From positions 31,673 through 95,672 of the forward strand of contig JBAZJQ010000001.1 in NCBI GenBank assembly GCA_041651235.1: a DNA stretch of 64,000 nucleotides, in the 5' to 3' direction. Source of the DNA: Candidatus Pacearchaeota archaeon. Its GTDB lineage: Archaea; Nanobdellota; Nanobdellia; Pacearchaeales; GW2011-AR1. The notes beneath the pieces are model-generated. The model was not told where the DNA came from, ran no database searches, and was given only the letters and a program-made list of their open reading frames with translations. Positions 26,737 to 35,046 of the stretch are shown here, piece by piece; positions within the stretch are counted from its first letter, which is position 1, and each line of letters opens with the position of its first letter. The position numbers were made by a program, and so were the translations under genes.

Positions 26737-29049
26737 ATGGAAAAGAGGGTAATTGGAATATTTATTTTTTTAATAGTTTTAGTTAGCTTGAATTTTATAA
26801 GTGCTGATGTTGGAACCTGTACTTACCCTATACTTTATATTTCAAATACAACAAATGCTCATGCATCTACAACAGGTAGTTATTCTCAGAAAGTTTGTCT
26901 TCCAGGGACATCTAGTCCAATAAATGGAGCAGGACCAATTGCATTATACTTATCTTCTGCTGGAAATGCTCATGCTTCTTATTCAAATAGTGCCTGGACT
27001 CCAATTCAAGTTGGAAGTAATTATTCTTCTTGTCAATTAGGTGCAACTTGTACTGCAGAGCAAGATTGCTTGTTAAGTTTATCTTCTCAAGATAATGCCC
27101 ATGTAGGAAATTGTGCTGCATATCCTTCAAATAAAATTTGCTGTACAAAAAAAGTAACAACCTCCTGCACTACAGAAAACACAGCAGCAGGAAATTGCGC
27201 TGATGGAGTTGATAATGATTGTGATGGATTAACTGATTGTGGAGAAACTACTGATTGTGCAACAGCAGCTAATTGCGTTGCTGATTGTGAAATAACAGAT
27301 GCTTATTTTGTAGATTCTGATGATAATGTTTTATTGGGTGATGCTGAAGTTTATTTGGGAGATAGTGTTTATCTAACTGTTGAAGGGTCTTCCGGGTGCA
27401 ATGGAAAATCTGTAAATTTCTCTATAAAAGAAGCTGATTGTGTTTTAGGAATTTGCAGTCTAGCTAATACTCCTTTTACAATTGCAAATTCTGTCTTTGG
27501 AGCAGATAATACCTTGCAGAAGGAATGGGCAACTCAATGGGTTGATGATTCTGGAGGAACAAATATTAATCCAGAATATGTTTTTATAACTACTTTACTT
27601 TCTGATGCGAGTGAAACAAAAAATTCTAAGGATTATAGTGGTGGAAAGTCAAGTATTAAATTATTAAAATGTGGTGATGGCACTTGCTCTGAAACTTTTG
27701 GAGAAACTTGTTCTAATTGTCCTGGAGATTGCGGGGTTTGCACTTGTACATACACTGTTTACCATAATCATACTGCATGTTATGGAGATAATATATATTG
27801 GTATGATGATTGTGGAATTAAAAATGATCTTTTCCAAAATTGTGGTACAGATACTTGTACTTGGAGTGCTTGGACTTGTTTAGATAGTGATACAAAAACT
27901 CACTCACGATCCGGAACTAATTATGGATGTTCAAATAATGCGTGTACTGTTGGTTCATGTACTGGAACTGAAACAGAAAACTGTCTTTCTGGGCAAATCT
28001 GCAGTTTAGGAGAATGTATTACTCCGCCATCTGACAGATACTGGGCAAATACAAATGGAATTGAAATAGAAGATGCGCAGTTGGGAGATACTGTATTGAT
28101 GATTGATGAATCTTTAACAACAGGAACTCATTTATTTGAAATATATGAAAAAGATGGCTTAACAGCAGATGAGGAAATAAGAACTGGAACAAATGGAATT
28201 AATTCTGAAATAATAAATGGATATGCTACTGGAACTTGGAAGATTTTACAAGAAGACTTAGCAAAAACCTCAGATTATGATAATTTCGAGTTTGAAGTTG
28301 ACGAAGGAGCTAGATCTAAAGACTTGAAGATACTTGCATCTGTTTCAAACTCAAAACCTGTTGCAGTTATAACTGCCCCTCCTGCAAATAATAAATATTC
28401 AATTAGTAAAAATAGCCCTAATCCTTCAACAGGAAATATTGATTTCAAACAAGAAAGCTATGATGCTGATGATTTATTAAATATAAGATGGGATTATGGA
28501 GATGATTATAATGAAAGTTGTACAGATTATAGTTTACTTACTCCAAATAAATGTGACAAAATTCATGCATATACTTCAAGTGGTTCAAAGCTAATTAAAC
28601 TTACAGCAAAAGAAATGACTAGAATACAATCAGATACAGATACAAGATATGTGTTTGTTTATCAAGAAGGAATAAATGTATTTTCAGTTATTAGTGACCC
28701 AATTACTTATGGGAAAGTTGCAAAAATGTATGGAGGAGATAGTTATGTTAGTGATTGTGATACTGCTACTCCTTGTGATACTAGTAGTGGTGAATACCAA
28801 GTTAATCCTGTTGCTGGAAGCGGAAATCCTGTATTATGTTGTAAAGATAGGCCTAAACCTGAAACTGGAGGAAATTATGACTTTTTAATGCAATGGATAT
28901 TTGATGGAGATTCTACTAAAGCAATACTTGGAAAATGGACTACTAATTATGATAACGTTGTTAATTTTACTTATTTTTTTCAAGAATCAGGAGAACATGA
29001 AGCAAATTTAAAAATTGGATTTATACCTTGCGGCGGTTCTTGCCCTTAA
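26737..29049 (+). CDS. large secreted Cys-rich surface protein
   Basis: 770 aa. Signal peptide. Many Cys clusters including CGDGTCSETFGETCSNCPGDCGVC. Confidence 0.55.
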   Translation: MEKRVIGIFIFLIVLVSLNFISADVGTCTYPILYISNTTNAHASTTGSYSQKVCLPGTSSPINGAGPIALYLSSAGNAHASYSNSAWTPIQVGSNYSSCQLGATCTAEQDCLLSLSSQDNAHVGNCAAYPSNKICCTKKVTTSCTTENTAAGNCADGVDNDCDGLTDCGETTDCATAANCVADCEITDAYFVDSDDNVLLGDAEVYLGDSVYLTVEGSSGCNGKSVNFSIKEADCVLGICSLANTPFTIANSVFGADNTLQKEWATQWVDDSGGTNINPEYVFITTLLSDASETKNSKDYSGGKSSIKLLKCGDGTCSETFGETCSNCPGDCGVCTCTYTVYHNHTACYGDNIYWYDDCGIKNDLFQNCGTDTCTWSAWTCLDSDTKTHSRSGTNYGCSNNACTVGSCTGTETENCLSGQICSLGECITPPSDRYWANTNGIEIEDAQLGDTVLMIDESLTTGTHLFEIYEKDGLTADEEIRTGTNGINSEIINGYATGTWKILQEDLAKTSDYDNFEFEVDEGARSKDLKILASVSNSKPVAVITAPPANNKYSISKNSPNPSTGNIDFKQESYDADDLLNIRWDYGDDYNESCTDYSLLTPNKCDKIHAYTSSGSKLIKLTAKEMTRIQSDTDTRYVFVYQEGINVFSVISDPITYGKVAKMYGGDSYVSDCDTATPCDTSSGEYQVNPVAGSGNPVLCCKDRPKPETGGNYDFLMQWIFDGDSTKAILGKWTTNYDNVVNFTYFFQESGEHEANLKIGFIPCGGSCP

Positions 29050-29135
29050 TTAATATTTTTGAAATCAATAAAGCTTATTAACTAATAAAAGCATTTAGGA
29101 TAAATAAAAGAGAAACAAATACTTAATTTTATAAA

Positions 29136-29597
29136 ATGGGTCATCAATGCACACATTGCGGAAAGATTTATCCTGATGCATCTCAGGAGCTATTAACTGG
29201 ATGTTCTTGTGGAGCTCGGTTTTTTTATTATATTAAACAAGAAAAAATAGAGCAATTAGAAAGAGAAACTCAGAATAAGATAGAACTTCTCAATCGAGCA
29301 GATAAAATACAAGTTGAAAAAGATATTAGAGAAATAACTGGATTAGATGAAGAACCAGATAAGCCAGTTATATTAGATTTAGAATCTATTAAAATACTTG
29401 AACCAGGAAAATTTGAAATCGATATTATTAATTTATTTTCAAGAAATCGTCCTTTAATATACAAATTAGAAGAAGGAAAATATATTATTGATTTATCAAG
29501 TAGTTTGAAAGTAGATACCGATGAAATTAATAAAAAAATCAGAAATCCTGATTTGTTGAAACAAGAAGAAAGAGAGAGAAAGGAAGAAGAAAAATGA
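29136..29597 (+). CDS. Zn-ribbon protein (DUF2072-like, from memory)
   Basis: MGHQCTHCGKIY...GCSCGARFF gives a four-Cys ribbon. Lys/Glu-rich C-terminus. Confidence 0.5.
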   Translation: MGHQCTHCGKIYPDASQELLTGCSCGARFFYYIKQEKIEQLERETQNKIELLNRADKIQVEKDIREITGLDEEPDKPVILDLESIKILEPGKFEIDIINLFSRNRPLIYKLEEGKYIIDLSSSLKVDTDEINKKIRNPDLLKQEERERKEEEK

Positions 29598-29848
29598 AAG
29601 CTTATTTGAAGGTATATGGTATTAGGGAAGGGCAATTTTCAAATGAAAATGTTGTTAGATGTACGACTTTTACTGGTTCTGAAATATCTGGATTTTTTGA
29701 TAAAAGGTTTATATGTCCCTTGGGTTTAGAAGTGAAAGTTTTGGATAATCAAGGAGAAGCAACTTGCATTGTCCCTCAAGGAGGAAACTTCTTAGAAGAA
29801 AATAATCCTATTTGGGTTAATTCATCTGGTATAACTTATGAAAACTAA
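29594..29848 (+). CDS. hypothetical small protein
   Basis: 84-aa ORF overlapping the previous stop by 4 nt. Confidence 0.4.
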   Translation: MKAYLKVYGIREGQFSNENVVRCTTFTGSEISGFFDKRFICPLGLEVKVLDNQGEATCIVPQGGNFLEENNPIWVNSSGITYEN

Positions 29849-29870
29849 GTTTTAAATAATATATTTCTTT

Positions 29871-31136
29871 GTGTATAATATGAAAATTAATGATATTCTT
29901 AAAGAGCAAATTGAATTAATCAAGCCATCTTTGGAAACTCAAGATAAAATAAACAAAACTACTAAGGAGTTTATGAGTTATCTTGATAAAAATCTAAAGA
30001 AAAATAAAATGAAAGCAGATGTTTTTCTTGGGGGAAGTGTTGCAAAATCAACTTTAATCAAAAAGGAAATCTATGATGTTGATATTTTTATCAGATTTGA
30101 AAATTCAAAAGATATGGGTAAATTGCATAAGATTTTGAAAAAAGCTAAAAAAGTCCATGGTTCAAGAGATTATTATCAATTAGAAGTTAGTGGGGTTGTT
30201 ATGGAAATAATCCCTGTTTTGAAGATTAAAAAACCAGAACAAGCTGAAAATGTAACTGATTTAAGTTATTTTCATGTTAAATATGTTTTAGATAAAATTA
30301 AGAAAAATAAAAGATTAGCAGATGAAATAAGACTAGCAAAGACATTTTGTCATGCAAATAATTGTTATGGTGCAGAAAGTTATATTCATGGATTTTCAGG
30401 TTATGCATTAGAATTATTAATCTGTCATTATAAAAGTTTTTTGAGTTTTATTAAAGCTATTGCTAAGATTAATATAGATAAAAAAGAAAAGTTAGTTATA
30501 GATGACTCTAAGTTTTATCTAGGTAAAAACATTATTTATGAATTAAATGAAGCTAAAACCCAGAGCCCAATAATTTTAGTTGATCCTACATTTAAAGAAA
30601 GAAATGCTCTTGCTGGATTGAATCATGAAACTTTTTTTCATTTTCAGAAGACATGCAAGGAATTTTTAAGAAAACCTAGCAAGGGATATTTTATCAACAA
30701 GGATATTCATGAGGAATTAACTAAAAAATACCAAAACAAATTGAAAATTGTTTCGGTTAAAACAAGCAAACAAGCAGGGGATATTTCCGGGAGTAAATCT
30801 CTTAAATTCTTTTATTTTTTTGTAGATAGATTAAACAGAGAATTTATTGTTAAGGTTTCTGAATTTAATTATAACGATGAAAAGAATACTGCATACTTTT
30901 ACCTGGTATTAGACAAAAAGAGAGATGAAATAAGAAAGGGGCCAAAAGTTGTTGATGTTAATAATTTAACCAGATTTAAAAAAATACATAAAAATGCATT
31001 CATAAAAAATAACGTTGCTTATGCCAAAATTAATCATAATCTAAGTTTTGAAAAATGGCTTAAAGAATTTAATAAAAAAGAAAAAGAGATTATAAAACAA
31101 ATGAGTGTTAAAAAAATAGACTTAAATAATATATAA
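29871..31136 (+). CDS. cca: CCA-adding enzyme (archaeal class I tRNA nucleotidyltransferase)
   Basis: ADVFLGGSVAKSTLIKKEIYDVDIFIRF matches the GS.AR.T.L...DiDiF NTase motif. 421 aa. Confidence 0.7.
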   Translation: MYNMKINDILKEQIELIKPSLETQDKINKTTKEFMSYLDKNLKKNKMKADVFLGGSVAKSTLIKKEIYDVDIFIRFENSKDMGKLHKILKKAKKVHGSRDYYQLEVSGVVMEIIPVLKIKKPEQAENVTDLSYFHVKYVLDKIKKNKRLADEIRLAKTFCHANNCYGAESYIHGFSGYALELLICHYKSFLSFIKAIAKINIDKKEKLVIDDSKFYLGKNIIYELNEAKTQSPIILVDPTFKERNALAGLNHETFFHFQKTCKEFLRKPSKGYFINKDIHEELTKKYQNKLKIVSVKTSKQAGDISGSKSLKFFYFFVDRLNREFIVKVSEFNYNDEKNTAYFYLVLDKKRDEIRKGPKVVDVNNLTRFKKIHKNAFIKNNVAYAKINHNLSFEKWLKEFNKKEKEIIKQMSVKKIDLNNI

Positions 31137-31520
31137 TCAATCTGATTCTTCAGAATCTAGAATGTTCATTCTAGATAAATAAATTTGATTAACTCTTAAT
31201 GAAATAGTTTTAGATAAACTAAGATGATTATTACTCATTATGTTTCTATCCATTATCAACCCTCTAATTTCATTGAGTCTCTGCTCTAAAATTTTTTCTT
31301 TTTGTCTTTCACTAAGAGATCTAAATCCATTGTTTGCTTCTTTTCTCATTCTTCTTAAATTATATGCTAATTCTTTTCGTAAGTTTAGATATTCTGGATT
31401 AATATTTTGTCTAATCTCTCTGCATTTAACTTCATCATCATAAGAAGAATGCCATTCTCCAGACTGTTCTCTGTGTAATGTATTTGTTCCTGCAGAATAT
31501 CCAAATTCTTCTGTTTCCAT
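31137..31520 (-). CDS. hypothetical protein
   Basis: 127-aa ORF convergent with cca. Confidence 0.4.
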   Translation of the reverse strand: METEEFGYSAGTNTLHREQSGEWHSSYDDEVKCREIRQNINPEYLNLRKELAYNLRRMRKEANNGFRSLSERQKEKILEQRLNEIRGLIMDRNIMSNNHLSLSKTISLRVNQIYLSRMNILDSEESD

Positions 31521-31561
31521 TTTAATCTATAATATCTTCTAATCAAAAATATCTTTTAAAC

Positions 31562-32338
31562 TTATTCATTAAATGCTTTGTCAAATAAACATGACAATGC
31601 TGAAGTGAAAAAAGGAGTATTAAGCCAAACAGCTAATTCTTCTTCGGGATTTCCTTTTGAAATTGTGAATAATACCTGATCATTATCTGCTACATAGAAT
31701 TTAGCGTCGATTGTGGTTGGTTTTGCTTTTATTTTGAATTTTGCATTTATCTTTTTAATTTCCTTATCATTACCTGACAAAGCAATTTTTATTTTAATAT
31801 CATTCTGATTTAATCTGTCAAATATTGCTGCAAAAAATCTTGATTTATTCATAACTTCTGCAACAGATGTGCAAATTATAACTTCTTTTTTTGCATTTTC
31901 TAATATTTCCTTTATATGAGAATAAATTGTTGATTTTCCTTTTATTGCTCCGGAAATATCTTCATGTCTTACAGGCACTATCCCGGTATTGTAAAGCTGT
32001 TCCAATTCAGAATATTCTTTTGTGTTCTTTAAATCTCCTAAGACCTTGATTTTTTCATCTGCATTTCTTAAGGTATTTGATTTTAACTTTTCAATAATTA
32101 CATTAGGTTTAACTGCAACATATTTAACTGGTTTTCCTAGTTTCATTATTGCAAAACCTTGTTTTTCCAATGATTCAAGAACATCATAAGTTCTGCTTCT
32201 TGGAACTCCGGACATTTCAGCAATTTCTCCTGCAGAAGCCACTCCTTTGCTAAGCAGTGCTAGCCAGACTTTAGTTTCATAAATGTTTAAGTTAAAGTGT
32301 TCTTTAATTTGCTTAACAAGTTCTTGTTTAATTATCAT
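31562..32338 (-). CDS. TrmB-family transcriptional regulator
   Basis: IYETKVWLALLSKGVASAGEIAEMSGVPRSRTYDVLESLEKQGF is the TrmB N-terminal wHTH. C-terminal effector-type domain. Confidence 0.75.
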   Translation of the reverse strand: MIIKQELVKQIKEHFNLNIYETKVWLALLSKGVASAGEIAEMSGVPRSRTYDVLESLEKQGFAIMKLGKPVKYVAVKPNVIIEKLKSNTLRNADEKIKVLGDLKNTKEYSELEQLYNTGIVPVRHEDISGAIKGKSTIYSHIKEILENAKKEVIICTSVAEVMNKSRFFAAIFDRLNQNDIKIKIALSGNDKEIKKINAKFKIKAKPTTIDAKFYVADNDQVLFTISKGNPEEELAVWLNTPFFTSALSCLFDKAFNE

Positions 32339-32455
32339 ATTCCCTATAATGTTAAAAATTAAAATCAGAACCTATTTATAAAGCTTTCTAGTGTTGTCAC
32401 TGATGAATTAGAACAAAAGCATAAAGTTTAAAAACAAGAATAGACAAAGAATTTT

Positions 32456-32782
32456 ATGGCAAAGGAAAGAACTGGATTTGGAGTGGGATTTGGAAAAACT
32501 GAACCTCCTAGAACAATATATGAGGATTATATTGGTAAACTTATAATTACAAATAACTCCGATGGTAAAAGCATTGTTGGGGTCTTACAAAAAATTGATA
32601 AAGAAAATAATGTTGCTGTTTTTAGTCCGTTTATGGGATATAAAGGAGATGATTCAGCATATGTTAATAAAGAACCTGCGATATTAGCGTTGCCTTTAAC
32701 TGCAATATATCCTGGACAATTTGATTTAGGAGAATATGTTGCTGGTTATAATAAAAAATTAGAGCAAAGAAGTCCAAAATAA
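32456..32782 (+). CDS. hypothetical protein (possible Sm-like fold)
   Basis: 108 aa. GKLIITNNSDGKSIVGVLQKIDKENNVAVF weakly resembles an Sm motif. Confidence 0.35.
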   Translation: MAKERTGFGVGFGKTEPPRTIYEDYIGKLIITNNSDGKSIVGVLQKIDKENNVAVFSPFMGYKGDDSAYVNKEPAILALPLTAIYPGQFDLGEYVAGYNKKLEQRSPK

Positions 32783-32783
32783 A

Positions 32784-33212
32784 ATGGAAAAATTCACAGT
32801 TGATTTATCTGGAATAAGCAGACATATAGATGGATTTGAGAAAGAATATGAACAGATATTAAAAGGACAGTTATTAAAACATGGGTTTTATAATAAAAAT
32901 TGCTTGTATTCTGTTTTTGATGATTTTTTTACAAAGAAGTTAGAAGAAACTGGAACTTATAGATTTAACAAATCAGGAGAAGCAAAAAAAGGAATTTTTG
33001 CTTTTAAAAAACAGGATTTAATATGGGCTCCTGATGAAAACACTAATATCTGGTTTTATATTGAATCACAATTAAACCCTGGAATTGCTATTTATGACAA
33101 AAGACAATTTAATAATGAAGATGATGATCCGAGAAGCCCATATATTTTTAAAAACCCTAATAAGAAATTAGATGCTTTGCTTGGAATAGCTTCAATTAAA
33201 TTTGTTGATTAA
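32784..33212 (+). CDS. hypothetical protein
   Basis: 142-aa ORF, 1-nt gap to the previous gene. Confidence 0.4.
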   Translation: MEKFTVDLSGISRHIDGFEKEYEQILKGQLLKHGFYNKNCLYSVFDDFFTKKLEETGTYRFNKSGEAKKGIFAFKKQDLIWAPDENTNIWFYIESQLNPGIAIYDKRQFNNEDDDPRSPYIFKNPNKKLDALLGIASIKFVD

Positions 33213-33224
33213 AATTATATTTAT

Positions 33225-34145
33225 TTAAAAAAGAAGCCAGCTGATAACCATTCCAATATACATTGCAATTGTTAAAAAAGGCATGGCAGGATAGAACTTA
33301 CCTTTCTCTGAATTAATTAAAAGATATAATAATCCTAATGATGCACTTAATGCAATTATTAAAGCAGAACCTACTCCATAAACTTTTAAGAAAACACCTG
33401 AGGCAATTATTGGGAAAACTATGTCTCCTCCGCCTAAAATAGCTAAATTAATTTTTATCTTTGCTTTTTTGAATGCATTTTCCATTATTTTTTCTGATTT
33501 GCCTTTGTATTTTTGTTTTATATTTTTTATTTTTACTCTATCATGTCTTTTTATATATGGAATAAAAAATCCTCCAAACACCTTCAATGTATTCATTTGA
33601 TATTTCGCCATTTTTTGCATAAATCCTGAATGCCAAACTGCCCATATATCATAAAGAGAAATTGCTAATAACAATAATATAATTCCTAGAACTCCTAAAA
33701 TTGAAACAAAAACAGCTGCAATTCCTGGATAAATCATTAGTTCTGTTATATTATGAATTAAGATATTTCTTTTAAATATCTTAAAGAAAGCTAATGGCAA
33801 TGCAATTACAACTGCAATTATAGAAGCATGGATTAAATTCATTTTAAATAAAACTACATTTAAAGTCAAAGAAATTGCTAATATAGTTACAATAAAAAAC
33901 CAGGCTCTAAGAAATTTCTCTGCTTTTATCTTTGTTAAAATAAATAATAAGAATATTGCAAATGCAAAAGAAATCATTATCTGAATTAAAAGTCCTGTTC
34001 CTTCTACTTGTTTTATCTCTTCAGGAGGCTGCATTCCATAAGGAAGAGTTTGAGTTTGGTAAGAATTAACAATCCAAATTCCGATTAATTGAGTTATCAA
34101 AAACATTGCAATAATTATTCCAGTTATTTTCCAGTTATGTTTCAT
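33225..34145 (-). CDS. presenilin/signal-peptide-peptidase-like GxGD intramembrane aspartyl protease
   Basis: Multi-TM. AISLYDIWAVW (YD), LAILGGGDIVFPI (GxGD) and C-terminal FYPAMPFL (PAL-like) match presenilin homolog motifs. ATG 34145 preferred over the TTG start at 34151. Confidence 0.6.
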   Translation of the reverse strand: MKHNWKITGIIIAMFLITQLIGIWIVNSYQTQTLPYGMQPPEEIKQVEGTGLLIQIMISFAFAIFLLFILTKIKAEKFLRAWFFIVTILAISLTLNVVLFKMNLIHASIIAVVIALPLAFFKIFKRNILIHNITELMIYPGIAAVFVSILGVLGIILLLLAISLYDIWAVWHSGFMQKMAKYQMNTLKVFGGFFIPYIKRHDRVKIKNIKQKYKGKSEKIMENAFKKAKIKINLAILGGGDIVFPIIASGVFLKVYGVGSALIIALSASLGLLYLLINSEKGKFYPAMPFLTIAMYIGMVISWLLF

Positions 34146-34216
34146 GGGCAAGGGGACCCCCCTTCCATATCCCCGAAGTTATTCTCATGGTTTTTCATCT
34201 TTTTATTATATTTATT

Positions 34217-34300
34217 TATAATCTATTAAGACATAAGTTTTGCAGATGAGTTGATTAAGCTTAATCTTTATCCTCTTTGTTGTTTGTCTTAATAAGATAT
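34217..34300. repeat. intergenic repeat family copy D
   Basis: tataatctattaagacataagttttgcagatgagttgattaagcttaatc ... gtcttaataagatat. The ends are imperfect inverted repeats (12/15). Confidence 0.6.
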
Positions 34301-34397
34301 TGATAAATTTTATTATACTTATTAAAAGTAAAGATAGTTTTTAAATTATTAGTATATGATAATTTATAATAAAGCTTAAAAATAGAATTCGGATAGA

Positions 34398-34973
34398 TTG
34401 TTCATGCAAATATTAGAAAGAAAAAAAGAGGAAGTTGAAGCTAAGGCTGAAAAAATGTCAGATTTCTTAAAAATGGAGTATTTAGAAAATTGTTTAAAGC
34501 ATAATATTGATATTGCTGCTCAAAGATATTGCTGTATGGAGCTTTCTAAAGTATATGAAAAAAGAATTATGTATCCTCAGGCAATAAAATATTTATCTAA
34601 TCTTGAAGGGCTTGGAATTGGAGACAGAGAAAAAATAAGCATTTATCTTAAGCAAGCAGAACTAATGATTAAAGCAGGACTTTATGAGCAAGTTAATTAT
34701 CCCTACAAAAAAGCTGCTTCTATAATAAATGAAGGAGAAAGACATGAATTAAGAAGAAGAATAATCGGATTCTATAAAGCACAAGCAGAAACACTTGAAA
34801 AAACAAGGAAGATCGCTGCAGCATTAAAACTTTATGAAAGATTAGTCCATCTTGTTACAGATGCAGAACAAATAGAAGTTAAGAAGAAAATGCTTGAAAG
34901 CTATAACAAATTAGGAAAAGTAAGAGAATATGTTGAGTTGAAAAAAGAATTAGAGAGACTACCTCAATTATAA
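34398..34973 (+). CDS. hypothetical helical protein
   Basis: 191-aa ORF rich in predicted helices. Confidence 0.4.
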   Translation: MFMQILERKKEEVEAKAEKMSDFLKMEYLENCLKHNIDIAAQRYCCMELSKVYEKRIMYPQAIKYLSNLEGLGIGDREKISIYLKQAELMIKAGLYEQVNYPYKKAASIINEGERHELRRRIIGFYKAQAETLEKTRKIAAALKLYERLVHLVTDAEQIEVKKKMLESYNKLGKVREYVELKKELERLPQL

Positions 34974-35046
34974 AAATAATCTTGCTAAAATAAAGAATCC
35001 TATAAAAATTAATTATATTTATATAATCTAAATTAATAATTTTATT

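Noticed and set aside
33225-34151. GxGD membrane protease initially read as a prepilin/preflagellin peptidase (PibD/FlaK)
   Set aside because: The motif set YD...GxGD...PAL-like and its spacing match the presenilin/SPP family (A22) better than A24. It is kept as a presenilin-like protease with the prepilin-processing role left open.
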